From: an uncultured Spirochaetota bacterium | GTDB taxonomy: Bacteria; Spirochaetota; Spirochaetia; SZUA-6; Fen-1364 | Assembly (NCBI GenBank): GCA_963734545.1 | Contig: CAVTHO010000007.1 | Span: forward strand, 1-64,000 | Reading direction: 5' to 3' | Length of the DNA stretch: 64,000 bases | The notes under the pieces: generated by a model | Databases searched by the model: none | Told to the model about the DNA's origin: nothing | What the model saw: only the letters and a program-made list of their open reading frames with translations | Part shown: positions 38,634 to 50,291 of the stretch, one piece after another | How the letters are laid out: each line of letters opens with the position of its first letter | Numbering within the stretch: the stretch's first letter is position 1 | Position numbers and translations under genes: made by a program

Positions 38634-39575
38634 ATGAAAATACATGACAACATGAGGATTTTCAGCGGAGCCTTCGGATCAGCCGCGCTGATCCTTGTGC
38701 TGCTGCTTGCTTCAATCAGCGCCTACGCCGAGGAACTGTCAGGCGACAACGCGTATCTTCAAAAGAAAGATTCCGTTTTCCTTGTCAACCAATCCGTTTT
38801 CATCGACGCAAAAAAAATATCGAACCAGGAGCTGTTCAAGAAGCTTGAAACGGCCATGGGTCGAAAAATACTGGACGAATACATACCCATCGTCTATGGA
38901 ACCGCGTTCCTTATCAATCCCGACGGGCATATGGTAACGGCCTTGCACGTGGTGAAATACGTGACGGTGGATTCGCGCAGAAAATGGGCGCTTTACAGCT
39001 TCCTTCACTACATCTCCAAGTACATAATCCCCGGTTACCTGTCCACGCGGGAGCTGAACGCCGTCTGCACCGAGTTCAAGAGAGTCATTGCAGGGTCCTC
39101 GGACATCACGATTACCATGAAATCCAGCGTGAACAACAAAGTATACGCGGCGCAGGTGATCGCTCAGAGCGATGCCCTGGATCTCGCGCTATTGAAAATC
39201 ACCCTGGACCAGAAGATCGCGCCAATCGCGCTGGGCGACAGCGCGGGCATCAAAGTAGGAGATCCGGTGATGACGATCGGCTATCCGCTGCAATCCATCA
39301 TGGACCAGTTCCTGGACGATTTCAAACCGACGGTTACAAACGGGATAGTCTCCGCGCTCAGGACCGACAATTGGGACATCCAGCATACCGCGTCCATAAA
39401 CAGCGGGAATTCCGGCGGACCATTGCTCACCAAGGATGGCAGGCTCGTCGGAGTGAATGTGGGCACTATCACGAAAGCCAATAATATATATTTTTCCACA
39501 AACTCGAATAAGCTCCGCAATTGGCTGAAAGAGATAGGCAAATCCGGTCTTGTTGCCGATTCGGAGAAACAATAA
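38634..39575 (+). CDS. Secreted trypsin-like (S1C) serine protease without PDZ
   Basis: TALHVV, DLALLK and INSGNSGGPL catalytic triad; signal peptide. Confidence 0.88.
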   Translation: MKIHDNMRIFSGAFGSAALILVLLLASISAYAEELSGDNAYLQKKDSVFLVNQSVFIDAKKISNQELFKKLETAMGRKILDEYIPIVYGTAFLINPDGHMVTALHVVKYVTVDSRRKWALYSFLHYISKYIIPGYLSTRELNAVCTEFKRVIAGSSDITITMKSSVNNKVYAAQVIAQSDALDLALLKITLDQKIAPIALGDSAGIKVGDPVMTIGYPLQSIMDQFLDDFKPTVTNGIVSALRTDNWDIQHTASINSGNSGGPLLTKDGRLVGVNVGTITKANNIYFSTNSNKLRNWLKEIGKSGLVADSEKQ

Positions 39576-40111
39576 TGGGTAATAAAAGAATAGTCTGTTC
39601 GCTTTCATGTATTGTCGCGGTGGTATTGCTTTCCAGCTGCGCCGGATTCCCGAAGCCTGCCTCGGCGGACGATACGCTGCTGGTGGTTCCCGTCGTCGTC
39701 ATCGACGCCCAATATGCGGGGTTCCAAGGCACATTCGGTTATAATATCAGAATGGAGCAGGTAGACACCGGGACAACCCGGACCGTCACGATCATGTCCT
39801 CGACGGGCGTGGGGTACGCGTACTTCCAGGGACTCCCGGAAGGCAAGTATATATTGAAAGAATACACGACCATCGGCTTGTCCGGCTCCTCGGTTCGTCC
39901 CATCGAAACGCAAAAATATCTGGTTTTAGAAAAAGGCAAGGTCTCCATCTTTCCGATCAAGATAGTCATGACGATTTTCGATGCGGAAGACAGGGACAGA
40001 TATACCGGCACTATATATACCGATTTCATTGAGATAGACGAACGGCAAGCGGCGCGCATGCTTGACTACATCGGCGGCAAAGAAGAGAACTTTTCGTCCT
40101 GGAAGAGATAG
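39575..40111 (+). CDS. Hypothetical lipoprotein
   Basis: Lipobox LLSSC. TAATG coupling to the protease gene. Confidence 0.75.
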   Translation: MGNKRIVCSLSCIVAVVLLSSCAGFPKPASADDTLLVVPVVVIDAQYAGFQGTFGYNIRMEQVDTGTTRTVTIMSSTGVGYAYFQGLPEGKYILKEYTTIGLSGSSVRPIETQKYLVLEKGKVSIFPIKIVMTIFDAEDRDRYTGTIYTDFIEIDERQAARMLDYIGGKEENFSSWKR

Positions 40112-40173
40112 ACGCATGGAGACGCACCGGCGTCCGCTTCTCTTGCACTGACGCCGGCCGACCGTGCGCAATG

Positions 40174-40279
40174 TCAGCGCGGAAGCTGCTTGTAATCTCG
40201 AGGAGGCACCCCGAGGTACTTTTTGAAGTTCGCGGAGAAGTTCTTGTAGTCGCTGAACCCCACGCGTTCTGCGATTAAA
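40174..40279 (-). pseudogene. C-terminal remnant of an AraC-family regulator
   Basis: [29 protein letters not shown] is the second AraC HTH. Confidence 0.75.
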
Positions 40280-40798
40280 GGCGTCGACATCCTGATCAAC
40301 AATGCCGGCATTTCGTCCCGCGGTCCTGCCGAGAGCCTCGAGGAAGCGGATTGGGACAGGGTCATCGATGTGAACCTGAAGGGGCCCTTCCTCTGCTCAC
40401 AGGCCGCGGGCCGTGTCATGATCCGGCAGAAGCACGGCGCCATCGTCAATATCGCATCGGTCGTCGGGCAGCGTGGGCTCCTGCATCGGCACGACCTCGC
40501 CGTTGCCTACTGCTGCAGCAAGGGGGGATTGATCCAGCTGACACGAGCTCTCGCCGCCGAATGGGCGGGCTATGGCATTCGCGTCAATGCAGTGGCCCCC
40601 ACCTACCTTCAGACGGACCTCACGCGCCACTTGTTTGCAGATCCGGACTTCGAGCGTTTCGTGCTCGGAAAGATTCCCCTGGGAAGGCTGCCTGCTCCGG
40701 AGGAAGTGGTCCCCGCCGTGGTCTACCTGGCCTCGGACGCGGCACGCATGGTAACCGGCCACGTTCTCGATATCGACGGAGGCTGGCTGGCTGTGTGA
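40280..40798 (+). pseudogene. 5'-truncated SDR oxidoreductase
   Basis: Begins at [10 protein letters not shown] with YCCSK and IDGG present, but the TGxxxGxG N-terminus is missing. Confidence 0.75.
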
Positions 40799-40813
40799 GG
40801 AGCCTGGAAAGCC

Positions 40814-40842
40814 TTGACAGACTGCTTAACATATGTTACCCT
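40814..40842 (+). promoter_or_regulatory. Sigma70 promoter of imuA containing a palindromic candidate SOS box
   Basis: TTGACA-17-TACCCT with an extended -10 TG. Perfect palindrome TAACATATGTTA at 40827-40838. Confidence 0.65.
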
Positions 40843-40847
40843 GTTGA

Positions 40848-41477
40848 GTGATGTCGTCCTTTGCGAACCTTCCGATAGTTCGCGCGTCGCACCTGAAGGC
40901 AGCACACCTGGAGGCGGCCAGCGGCGGTGGATCATGGCGATTCGACAATCTGGTCGGGGTCCTGGCAGAGGTCTCGGAAGAGGTGCCGTCAGGGGCCGTC
41001 AGCTTTGCCGCCGAGATTATCGCCCAAGCCCAGACACAGAGAGAGCCTGTTGCATGGGTCACGGGGACGGAATCCGTCTTTTTTCCCCCTGACCTTCACA
41101 ACCGGGGTATCGACCTCTCCGCCGTCGCCGTCATCAGGGTGGAAGAAGAAACCGACTCCCTGATGGCTGCGGAATGGCTTGTAAGGTCAGGGGCCATGGG
41201 ACTCGTGGTCGTGGACCTTGATGCGCATGGGAACATCACTGATGCCTCCCTGGGAAGGCTCCTGAAGCTTGCTGAGCGGAACCTTTGCGCGGTCCTCTTT
41301 CTCACACGCAAGCGTGGCCAGGACCCCTCCCTCGGCTCCAGGATCTCACTGCGGGGCTGCATCACCCGGACAGGCAACGGGCCCTTTGTCATCGACATTC
41401 GTACGACCAAGGACAAGCGCTCCAACTTCAGCTCCCGGCAAAGCAGGCGGTACCATGGCCCTTCTGGGATGCATTAG
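40848..41477 (+). CDS. imuA: ImuA / RecA-like protein
   Basis: REPVAWV...FFPPDL..RGIDL and LVRSGAMGLVVVDL. First gene of the cassette. Confidence 0.8.
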   Translation: MMSSFANLPIVRASHLKAAHLEAASGGGSWRFDNLVGVLAEVSEEVPSGAVSFAAEIIAQAQTQREPVAWVTGTESVFFPPDLHNRGIDLSAVAVIRVEEETDSLMAAEWLVRSGAMGLVVVDLDAHGNITDASLGRLLKLAERNLCAVLFLTRKRGQDPSLGSRISLRGCITRTGNGPFVIDIRTTKDKRSNFSSRQSRRYHGPSGMH

Positions 41478-42930
41478 CATAGACTGCCTGCCCCTGCAGA
41501 TTCTTCTGAAAGACAACCCCGCGTGGAAAGGAACGCCTGTCGCCGTAACGAAAGATGAGAGGCCGCAGAGCCCCATTCTCGCCTTGAATCGCCAGGCCCG
41601 GGAGAAGGGACTGGCAGCCGGCATGTCATACGCGAGCGCCCTTTCGCTCGTTCCGGACCTGCGGGCTCGGGCAGTTCCTCAAGGCCGGGTCGTGGAGGCT
41701 CGGGAGCGTGTTGTCAGCCTGCTCTCGGCCTTCACCCCGGACATCGAGCCTTGTCCCTTCGACACGGATGCGCTCTGGGTGTCCGTGGATGGGCTTCGAT
41801 CTCTGTTTGCCTCCGAGTCCCTCTGGATCGAGAAGGTATGCGGCGTCCTTGCCGCAGAGGGCTTCCCGGCAAGCGTGGTGCTCGGGTTCACCCGTTTCGG
41901 GACCTACGCAATTGCCCGCGCAAGGTCGCGCTCCATGGCGTTCGCATCCCCGAAAGAGGAATACGCGCTCATGAGCCGGTCCTCAATAGACATCCTTCCT
42001 CTCTCGCACAAGGCAAGGAGCACGCTCCGCAAGCTCGAGGTCCGCACCGTGCAGCAGTTCGTATCGCTTCCGGAGGGAGAGACCATGCGGCGCTTCGGGA
42101 AGGAAGCGGCGCGTCTCCGCCAGGCCATCCTCTCGGATGACCTGCTCCCCATACAGCCGCTCGCCATGAAGGAGACGGCGCCCTGCAAGCGGCACCTCGA
42201 TGCTCCTCTATCGGATCTCAACCTGCTCATGCCGCACATCGACGAGCTTCTCACTATAGAGGCAGGGCGCGTGGAGAAAGAGAGGGCTGTGATCTCCGGT
42301 CTCACCCTCATTCTGCGCACGGAGGAAGGAGAGATCAGCACCGACGTTATCCGTCCCGCCGTGCCCACGCTTAGGACCCATCTCCTGCGGCGTCTCATCC
42401 AGCTTCGGCTCTCCGCGCGGCAGATTTCATCGGGAGTGGAGGATATCGAGCTCCGCTCCGACCGGGCGGTGCCGTCGCGGGGGCAGGAGGAACTATTCAC
42501 TGTTCGGGCCCGTGACCTGCGGGCGGGCGCCCATGCGTTTGCCGCAATCAGGGCGCGCTTCGGCAATGACGCGGTGAGCTGCGCACAACTCACCGATTCT
42601 CATCTTCCTGAGAGCTCTTTCAGATGGGTGCCTCTCCAACGGCCCGCCCTGCCCGCGCCGGGCAGGGAGATGTCCGCGCCAGAGCACGTCGCTTCTGATT
42701 GCCCCACGGCAGTTCGAAGGATACTTTTCGCCCCCAGACAGGCAAAGGGCCTCCATGGGCCGGGTGACATGGCTGAGCCGTTCATCGTGTCCGGTTCCTG
42801 GTGGGGCACGGGAGAAAAGGATGCTCCCTTTCTCCGGCACTACTACTTCCGCGGCTCCCCGGCCGGCATTCTCTGGCTGTTTGTCGACAGGCTCACAGAC
42901 ACCCTCTGGGTGCAGGGCGCCATCGACTGA
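41455..42930 (+). CDS. imuB: ImuB, inactive Y-family polymerase
   Basis: N.QAREKGLAAGM..ASALSL.PDL, FTPDIE, LPEGETMRRFG and C-terminal SGSWWG...RHYYF...LWLF. Confidence 0.85.
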   Translation: MALLGCISIDCLPLQILLKDNPAWKGTPVAVTKDERPQSPILALNRQAREKGLAAGMSYASALSLVPDLRARAVPQGRVVEARERVVSLLSAFTPDIEPCPFDTDALWVSVDGLRSLFASESLWIEKVCGVLAAEGFPASVVLGFTRFGTYAIARARSRSMAFASPKEEYALMSRSSIDILPLSHKARSTLRKLEVRTVQQFVSLPEGETMRRFGKEAARLRQAILSDDLLPIQPLAMKETAPCKRHLDAPLSDLNLLMPHIDELLTIEAGRVEKERAVISGLTLILRTEEGEISTDVIRPAVPTLRTHLLRRLIQLRLSARQISSGVEDIELRSDRAVPSRGQEELFTVRARDLRAGAHAFAAIRARFGNDAVSCAQLTDSHLPESSFRWVPLQRPALPAPGREMSAPEHVASDCPTAVRRILFAPRQAKGLHGPGDMAEPFIVSGSWWGTGEKDAPFLRHYYFRGSPAGILWLFVDRLTDTLWVQGAID

Positions 42931-42944
42931 ATCCGGTGAAGCCC

Positions 42945-45900
42945 ATGTATGCTCCGCTGTGGTGCAAGAGCAATTTCTCCTTTCTGGAGGGAGCCAGCCA
43001 TCCCGAGGAGCTCGTGGAAACGGCCGCCCGGCTCGGACTTCCCGCCATCGCCATCACGGATCGTAACGGCGTCTATGGGATGGTCAGAGCGTTCGAAGCA
43101 GCCCGGCAGAGCAAAGTGAAGCTCATCACGGGATCGCAGGTTTCCATCGATGATGGCTCATCCGTAGTCCTCCTGGCCCAGGACCGGGCCGGGTATGGCA
43201 GCCTGTGCCGCCTCATATCCCGCGGCCACCTCAGGAGTCCCAAGCCCACGTGCACCGTCTCATGGAAAGAGGTGGCAGAGAGTGCCCGCGGTACCGTCGC
43301 GCTATGGCCCAACGATCCCGTGGACGCGGCCGCTCCTGGCGGCATTCCTCCCTCACAGCGGGAGTCTGGTCTGGGCATTCTGAAGGAAGCATTCGGAGAC
43401 AGGCTCTACGCTGTCGTAGGGCGGCACCGATGGGTGGATGACACAGCCAGAGAGCGCGCCACGAGGGACAGCGCGGCCCGGTTTTCAATACCCCTGGTTG
43501 CGGCCGTCGAAGTCCTGTACCACGTGCCCGACCGGCGGAAGCTTCAGGACGTCCTGGTGTGCATCAGGACCGGGACTACCTTGAGGGAGGCGGGGACAAA
43601 GCTTTGCCCGAACGACGAACATGCCCTCAAGTCTGCGCCATCGTTCCAAGCCCTTTACCGCCAATCCCCCGAGCTGGTCGAGACTTCCCTGGAAGTGGCT
43701 GATCGGTGCCGCTTTTCGTTTGAAGAGCTGGTCTACAAATACCCCGATGAAACCGTCCCGGATGGCTTCACCACGTCAGCCTGGCTCAGGCACCTCACCT
43801 GGGAGGGCGCGAAGAATCGATACCGAGGCGGCATTCCGGAGAGCGCAAAGGCCCTGCTGGAAAAGGAGCTCGCGCTCATCGATGAGCTGGGCTACTGCGG
43901 GTACTTCCTCACGATGTGGGAGCTTGTCCGATTCTGCCGGGAGAAGGGCATCATCTGCCAGGGGAGAGGATCAGCGGCAAACTCCGTTGTCTGCTACTGC
44001 CTGGGGGTCACATCGGTTGACCCCGTGCAGATGAACCTGCTCTTCGAGCGTTTTCTGTCCCGCGAGAGGGCAGAGCCTCCCGACATCGACCTCGACATCG
44101 AGCACAATCGGCGGGAAGAGGTCATCCAGCACATGTACCGGAAGTATGGCAGGGACCGGGCCGCCATGGTGGCGAACGTGGTTCGCTATCGCAAGAGGTC
44201 CGCGGTCAGGGAAGTGGGAAAAGTATTCGGAATTCCCGAGACCGCGCTTGACCATTGCGCCAGGCTTCTGCCGCACTGGGACGGCAACCTGGAAGCGGTG
44301 TTCACGGAAGCGGGGCTGGACCTTCCCGAGGGCCTTCTTGGACACATGGTTGCGCTGACAAAGGAGATCGTGGGCTTTCCTCGCCACCTGTCCATCCATC
44401 CGGGCGGCTTCCTCCTCGGCAGCGAGCCGGTGGATACCATCGTGCCCATAGAGAACGCCACCATGCAGGACCGCACCGTTATTCAGTGGGACAAGACGGA
44501 TATCGAGACCATGAACCTCTTCAAGGTCGATCTTCTCGGCCTCGGCGCGCTGACCCATCTCGACTACGCCTTCCGATTGTTGAAGAGCCACTACGGCACG
44601 GATCTTTCCCTGGCCACAATCCCGCCGGATGACCCCGCCGTGTTCGACATGACCTGCCGCGCCGACACGGTCGGCGTGTTCCAGATCGAAAGCAGGGCGC
44701 AGATGGCGATGCTTCCTCGCCTGAGGCCGCGCAACTACTACGACCTCGTCATCGAGGTCAGTCTCGTTCGTCCCGGTCCGATCACGGGAGGCATGGTGCA
44801 TCCCTACCTCAGGAGGCGCGCGGGGAAGGAGGCGGTCACCTACGCGCATCCGAGCCTCGAGCCGGTTCTCAAGAAGACGCTGGGCATCCCCTTGTTCCAG
44901 GAGCAGGTGATGAAGCTCGCAGTCGTAGCGGCGGACTACACTCCCGGCGAGGCGGACCAGCTTCGCCGGGACATGGCGGCATGGAAGCAGCGCGGCAGGA
45001 TCGAGCAGCATCATGACCGCCTCGTCACCCGCATGGTTGCCAAGGGCATCGAGCCCGAGTTCGCCGAAAGGGTCTTCAGCCAGATCCTCGGGTTCGGCGA
45101 GTACGGGTTTCCCGAGTCGCACGCCGCGAGCTTCGCCCTGATTGCTTATGCAACGGCCTACGTCAAGCACCACTTTCCCGTCGTGTTCGCATGCGCGCTG
45201 CTGAACGCGTGGCCGTTCGGGTTCTATTCTCCTGCCACCGTGATCGACGACTCGAAGCGTCACAAGGTAAGATTCCTTCCCATCGACATTCTTCGAAGCG
45301 AATGGGACTGCACGCTGGAGCGGCTGCCGGGGATGTCCGATTGCGCACGTGAGTACGGCGTTCGCGCCGAACGGGTACGGCCTTCGGGCCGAGCGCGTAC
45401 TCGCGCACTCCCGTATGCCGTTCGTATCGGCCTGCGCTACGTCAAAGGGCTCGGAGAGGGAGACTGGGCGCGCATCCAGGCATGGCGCGTCAGCGGGCGC
45501 ATCTCCACCTTGTCGGACTTCACGTCCCTGTGCAGGCTCCCCGTTGATTCCATGGAGCGCCTCGCGGAGGTGGGAGCCTTTGACTGCCTTGACCGGGAAC
45601 GCCGTGAAGCGCTCTGGGGGGTGCTGGATCGGACTGAGCACCCCACGAGCCTGCTCGTGGGAGATTTCGAGCAGATGCCGTCATTTCGCTCGCTGAGCGC
45701 TGCAGAGGAAGTCTCGTGGGACTACCTTGCATCGGACCAGAGCCCGCGAGGGCACTTGATGGAGCAGTTCCGCCCGTCTCTGGAAAAGCAGGGTCTTCCA
45801 GACGCCGCCGCCGTTTCCCGGATGAAGCACGGCAGGAAGGTTTCTCTTGCCGGATGTGCCATATGCCGGCAGATGCCCGGCACCGCTGCCGGCGTGCTCT

Positions 45901-46121
45901 TCATGACGCTGGAGGATGAATCGGGTTTCGCCAATCTCGTGGTCTGGGAGAAGGTCTTCAAGGAGTACCGCACGTTGATTCTGACCAGCTGGCTGCTGGG
46001 GGTCACGGGACGACTGCAGGCAGCGGAGGGAGTGGTCCACATAATCGCGGAGTCCTTCTGGAGACCTGACTTCGCTTCGGAGGAACGGAGAATCACTCCC
46101 TCAAGCCACGATTTCAGGTAG
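42945..46121 (+). CDS. dnaE2: Error-prone DNA polymerase DnaE2 (ImuC)
   Basis: [57 protein letters not shown] and C-terminal SHDFR. Confidence 0.96.
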   Translation: MYAPLWCKSNFSFLEGASHPEELVETAARLGLPAIAITDRNGVYGMVRAFEAARQSKVKLITGSQVSIDDGSSVVLLAQDRAGYGSLCRLISRGHLRSPKPTCTVSWKEVAESARGTVALWPNDPVDAAAPGGIPPSQRESGLGILKEAFGDRLYAVVGRHRWVDDTARERATRDSAARFSIPLVAAVEVLYHVPDRRKLQDVLVCIRTGTTLREAGTKLCPNDEHALKSAPSFQALYRQSPELVETSLEVADRCRFSFEELVYKYPDETVPDGFTTSAWLRHLTWEGAKNRYRGGIPESAKALLEKELALIDELGYCGYFLTMWELVRFCREKGIICQGRGSAANSVVCYCLGVTSVDPVQMNLLFERFLSRERAEPPDIDLDIEHNRREEVIQHMYRKYGRDRAAMVANVVRYRKRSAVREVGKVFGIPETALDHCARLLPHWDGNLEAVFTEAGLDLPEGLLGHMVALTKEIVGFPRHLSIHPGGFLLGSEPVDTIVPIENATMQDRTVIQWDKTDIETMNLFKVDLLGLGALTHLDYAFRLLKSHYGTDLSLATIPPDDPAVFDMTCRADTVGVFQIESRAQMAMLPRLRPRNYYDLVIEVSLVRPGPITGGMVHPYLRRRAGKEAVTYAHPSLEPVLKKTLGIPLFQEQVMKLAVVAADYTPGEADQLRRDMAAWKQRGRIEQHHDRLVTRMVAKGIEPEFAERVFSQILGFGEYGFPESHAASFALIAYATAYVKHHFPVVFACALLNAWPFGFYSPATVIDDSKRHKVRFLPIDILRSEWDCTLERLPGMSDCAREYGVRAERVRPSGRARTRALPYAVRIGLRYVKGLGEGDWARIQAWRVSGRISTLSDFTSLCRLPVDSMERLAEVGAFDCLDRERREALWGVLDRTEHPTSLLVGDFEQMPSFRSLSAAEEVSWDYLASDQSPRGHLMEQFRPSLEKQGLPDAAAVSRMKHGRKVSLAGCAICRQMPGTAAGVLFMTLEDESGFANLVVWEKVFKEYRTLILTSWLLGVTGRLQAAEGVVHIIAESFWRPDFASEERRITPSSHDFR

Positions 46122-46809
46122 GGCCATTCTCCCGTTCCCGGGGCAGACCTTTCAGACCAGCAAGCGCCTCACCGCAGGCGGACGCGAGCCCTGCGGCCCC
46201 TGTGACGGTCATGCGCAGGTCCCGCAGGAGTCCATCGCTGATCGCGTAGATCCAGGCATGGACCGAAAGGACCTGACCCCGGTCCCATGCCTGCTGGACA
46301 ACGGTGGTCTGCGCCGCGTTCATTGCCTGCTCGATCACGTTCAGCTCGCAGAGGCGGCGAAGCCGCTCCTCCGGGTCCTTGTGAGCAGCCATGAGAGCGC
46401 CGTGCTTTTTCTCCACATCCTGGATGTGCCTGAGCCAGTTGTCGATCAACCCCAGCGTGCGGTTGGCGTGGGCCGCTGCCACGCCGCCGCAGCCATAGTG
46501 ACCGCAGATGATCACGTGCTCGACACGCAGCTCGTCCACGGCGTACTGGAGCACGGACAGGCAGTTGAGGTCGGTGTGGATCACCATGTTGGCCACATTG
46601 CGATGGACGAAAAGCTCTCCCGGCCGCAGTCCCACGATCTCATTTGCAGGGACACGGCTGTCCGAGCAGCCTATCCACAGGTAGCGCGGGCGCTGCTGAA
46701 GGGCAAGAGACGAAAAGAAGGAAGGGTCTTCTGCCGTGATCCGGGCTGCCCATTCCCGATTGTTACTGAGGAGATCATCCATTTCAGCCATGCTCTTGAA
46801 TGTAGTCAT
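46114..46809 (-). CDS. can: Beta-class carbonic anhydrase
   Basis: [18 protein letters not shown] and CGHYGCGGV. Confidence 0.95.
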   Translation of the reverse strand: MTTFKSMAEMDDLLSNNREWAARITAEDPSFFSSLALQQRPRYLWIGCSDSRVPANEIVGLRPGELFVHRNVANMVIHTDLNCLSVLQYAVDELRVEHVIICGHYGCGGVAAAHANRTLGLIDNWLRHIQDVEKKHGALMAAHKDPEERLRRLCELNVIEQAMNAAQTTVVQQAWDRGQVLSVHAWIYAISDGLLRDLRMTVTGAAGLASACGEALAGLKGLPRERENGPT

Positions 46810-46856
46810 GGCCCGGCGCGCGGGCTACGACCATGCTATACTCCCGGCATCCGCCT

Positions 46857-47840
46857 ATGACCCTCCTGGACGAGTTTTCAGCAGCAATCGAGTCCCCTGA
46901 CTTCATCAAGCCATTTCTGCATTTCTTCGCGACGCAGGAAGAGATGAAGCTCGTGGTCCGGATAGGGCGGGCGGGGGGGCGTTCGGCACCCTCGACCGTC
47001 GAGGAGGCTTTGCTGGATCGGGTGTACAAGCGGCATCTGCTGGACAGGGAAGGGAGCGACGGCTCCTTCTCCTATAAGGCAGGCGATTTTTACGATATCT
47101 TGAAGCACTTCGCGCTTTTCGGCAACTATCATGTCATCCCCCAGCCCGTGCGGCGGCAGCTCGATGCCTGGGATTTTGCAGAATATCTGGGACGAAACGA
47201 CAACTTCAGGAAGGTCATCGATACACGTCCCGATTACGACGCCTGTCACAACGAATGGGTGCTCCTCGCGAGCGAAGTGGAGGAGATGATCGACGCGGCC
47301 ACGGCAATCCGGCTCCTCCCCTGTGACTGCAAGATGCTGGCGGACAACTGCACCCATTCTCGCGAGATCTGCCTCATCCTCGACCGACGGCTCATCTCCG
47401 ACCGCACCGGCGGAAGAGATCTCGGCCGGCATGAGGCAAAGCAGCTCATCAGCAGCCTGGAGAAGGAAGGCTTGATGCACACCGGTGGGCCGCCGAACTG
47501 GAGGGAGGCCGGTCCCAGCGTCGTCTGCAACTGCTGCGGGTGCTGCTGCTACCCCTTCAAGGCTTCCCGCCTGCTGGGCGCCAAGGGGAAATGGCCGCGG
47601 TCGCGCTACGTTGCATCGCATGACGCCGCTCTCTGCTCTTCCTGCGGCACGTGCGTGAAGAGATGCTATTTCGGTGCCTTCAGCTTCTCATCAGACACTG
47701 CCGAAGCGGCAGCCGGACGTCGCGTCACCTTCGATCCTCGGCTCTGCTGGGGCTGCGGCATCTGCGCGAGCGCCTGCCCTGCTCACGCAATTCGCATGGC
47801 GGCAATCCCCGCGTTCGGCAGTCCGCCCGTCGTGGCGTGA
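46857..47840 (+). CDS. 4Fe-4S dicluster domain protein
   Basis: CDCK, CNCCGCCC, CSSCGTCVKRC and CWGCGICASACP. Confidence 0.85.
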   Translation: MTLLDEFSAAIESPDFIKPFLHFFATQEEMKLVVRIGRAGGRSAPSTVEEALLDRVYKRHLLDREGSDGSFSYKAGDFYDILKHFALFGNYHVIPQPVRRQLDAWDFAEYLGRNDNFRKVIDTRPDYDACHNEWVLLASEVEEMIDAATAIRLLPCDCKMLADNCTHSREICLILDRRLISDRTGGRDLGRHEAKQLISSLEKEGLMHTGGPPNWREAGPSVVCNCCGCCCYPFKASRLLGAKGKWPRSRYVASHDAALCSSCGTCVKRCYFGAFSFSSDTAEAAAGRRVTFDPRLCWGCGICASACPAHAIRMAAIPAFGSPPVVA

Positions 47841-47868
47841 GCTCCGTCATTCCCGCGTTGCGCGTGCG

Positions 47869-47897
47869 TTGACTGAAACTCCCTGCCCATGTATGGT
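47869..47897 (+). promoter_or_regulatory. Sigma70 promoter of the sugar-nucleotide cassette
   Basis: TTGACT-17-TATGGT. Confidence 0.5.
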
Positions 47898-47956
47898 GGG
47901 GCAAACCGAGCCGCCCGGCACGCGCGCCAGAGGATTTCGAAGGAGAACATGACCGA

Positions 47957-49177
47957 ATGAGCACTTGTCTGATATGCAGGAACCCGATGGATCCTTTCAT
48001 GTCCTTCGGCAGGATGCCGATTGCGAACGGTTTCCTGAAGGAGCCTGATTTCCCCACGGAGTTCTTCTTCGAGCTCAAGGTCGGCCACTGCCCGTCGTGC
48101 CACATGGTGCAGCTCACGGAGCTCGTCGACCCGTCAAAGCTTTTCCACGAAAACTACGCGTATTTCTCATCGATCTCCACCCGCATGGCGAATCATTTCA
48201 GGGATTTCGCCGCGGACGTGAAGGCCCGCTATCTTCCCTCCCCCGACCCCCTGGTCGCAGAGATCGGCAGCAACGATGGGATCATGCTGAAGCATTTCGC
48301 TTCGGACGGGATCAGGCACGTCGGAATCGAGCCGTCCGCCAACGTGGCCAAGGCGGCAATCGACCAGGGGACCAGGACTGTGGTCAGGTTTTTCGACGAG
48401 CAGGCGGGCATCGATTTGGCGCGCGAGTACGGCCAGGCGGACGCCTTTCTGGGCGCGAACGTAATCTGCCATGTCCCCGACATCCATTCCGTGATTCGGG
48501 GCATCCTGCATTTCCTGAAGGACGACGGCGTCTTCATCTTCCAGGAGCCGTACCTTGGAGATATCCTCGAAAAGACCTCCTATGACCAGATCTATGACGA
48601 GCACTACTTCTACTTCTCGCTGACTTCGCTGGAGAGCCTTTTCGGCCGCTACGAAATGGAGATCGTCGATATCTCCCACCAGAACGTCCACGGCGGCTCG
48701 ATGAGATACGTCGTGGCTCGAAAAGGCAGACGCGAAGTGAGCCAGGCGGTGCGGAACCAGATGCGTCGTGAAACGGATCTCGGCATGCAGAAGCCCGAAG
48801 CCTACGACAATCTGAAGAAGAACATCATGAGGTCCCGTGACGAGCTGGTTGCGCTTCTGAAAAGGCTGAAGAGCTCGGGCAGGCGCGTGACGGGATACGG
48901 AGCTACCTCGAAGAGCACAACGGTGACCAACTTCTGCGGGATCGGCCCCGACCTCATCGAGTTCATCAGCGACACGACGCCGGGAAAACAGGGGACCTGG
49001 AGCCCGGGAGCGCATATTCCCGTGGTGCCGTACCAAAGATTCCAGGAGCGCTATCCCGACTACGCCCTCCTCTTCGCCTGGAACCATGGCGAAGAGATCA
49101 TGGAAAAGGAAGCTGCATTCAAGAAGGCCGGCGGGAAGTTCATCGTGTACGTCCCGAAGGTGAAGATTGCGGAGTAG
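47957..49177 (+). CDS. NDP-hexose 3-C-methyltransferase (TcaB9/EvaC-like)
   Basis: CLIC...CPSC Zn site, EIGSNDG, DQIYDEH, HGGS.RY, GYGATSKS and LLFAWNH. Confidence 0.9.
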   Translation: MSTCLICRNPMDPFMSFGRMPIANGFLKEPDFPTEFFFELKVGHCPSCHMVQLTELVDPSKLFHENYAYFSSISTRMANHFRDFAADVKARYLPSPDPLVAEIGSNDGIMLKHFASDGIRHVGIEPSANVAKAAIDQGTRTVVRFFDEQAGIDLAREYGQADAFLGANVICHVPDIHSVIRGILHFLKDDGVFIFQEPYLGDILEKTSYDQIYDEHYFYFSLTSLESLFGRYEMEIVDISHQNVHGGSMRYVVARKGRREVSQAVRNQMRRETDLGMQKPEAYDNLKKNIMRSRDELVALLKRLKSSGRRVTGYGATSKSTTVTNFCGIGPDLIEFISDTTPGKQGTWSPGAHIPVVPYQRFQERYPDYALLFAWNHGEEIMEKEAAFKKAGGKFIVYVPKVKIAE

Positions 49178-49183
49178 CGCGGA

Positions 49184-50291
49184 ATGATTCTCTGCAGCAA
49201 CCCGAAGGCCCAGTATCTCTCGCACAAAGAAGAGATCGATTCCCGAATCCTCTCCATCCTCGACGGGGGTTCCTACATCAATGGGGGGGAAGTGAGGGCT
49301 TTCGAAAACGAGTTTGCCGGCTGACATAGGGTGCACCTTCGGGATCGGGTGTGGAAACGGGACCGACGCCCTGTGCCTGGCAATTGCGGCGTGCGGCATC
49401 GGACCCGGAGATGAGGTGATCACCGTCTCCCACACGGCGGTGGCAACAGTGGCCGCGATCGAGATGGCGGGTGCGACGCCGGTCCTTGTCGACATAGACC
49501 GCTCCTCGTTCACGATGAGCGTTGAGCGCCTCGAGGACGCGGTGACAGCAAGAACGAAAGCCGTGATCCCTGTGCATCTCTACGGGCAACCGGCGGATCT
49601 CGACGCCCTCGTCGCCTTTGCCAGGAGGCACGGCATCCGTCTGATAGAGGATTGCGCGCAGGCCCACGGGGCCGTGTACAAGGGCAGGCGGGTCGGCGCT
49701 TTCGGCGATGCCTCCTGCTTCAGCTTCTACCCGACGAAGAACCTCGGCGCTCTTGGAGACGGCGGGATGGTCGTCACGAGTGATGCCGCGCTCGCGGAGA
49801 AGGCGCGCGCGCTGCGCGAATACGGCTGGCGGCAGAGATACGTGAGCGAGATTCCCGGCAGGAACTCCCGCCTGGACGAGGTCCAGGCCGGAGTCCTGAG
49901 GGTCAAGCTGCAGTACCTTGACCAGGACAATGAACGGCGGAGAGGGGTCGCATCGCAGTATGCGAACGACCTGCAGGACAACGGGTTGGTTCTGCCCGCT
50001 GCGGGAGCGGGCACGACACCCGTGTACCATCTCTACGTGGTCCGCTCTGCGCGGAGGGACCAGCTTCAGGCGCACCTTCGCGAACGCTCCTGCCTGCCGC
50101 TCGTCCACTACCCCGTTCCCATCCACCTCCAGCCCGCGTATCGAGGGAAGCTTGCGGGGAGCGACCGGCTTCCGGAGACGGAACGCGCGGCGGCGGAAGT
50201 TCTTTCTCTGCCGATGTATCCGGAGCTCGACCCGCAGGAGATCCGGCAGGTAATCGACAGCGTCCGGCTTTTTGGAAGAGGGCGCGGATGA
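49184..50291 (+). CDS. DegT/DnrJ sugar aminotransferase (frameshift near 49320)
   Basis: NGTDAL, VHLYGQ, EDCAQAHGA, SFYPTKNLGALGDGG and NSRLDEVQA. Confidence 0.92.

Noticed and set aside
47898-47932. c-di-GMP-I riboswitch-like GGGCAAACC upstream of the sugar cassette
   Set aside because: It lacks the GNRA-capped P2 and the GACGCAAA element.
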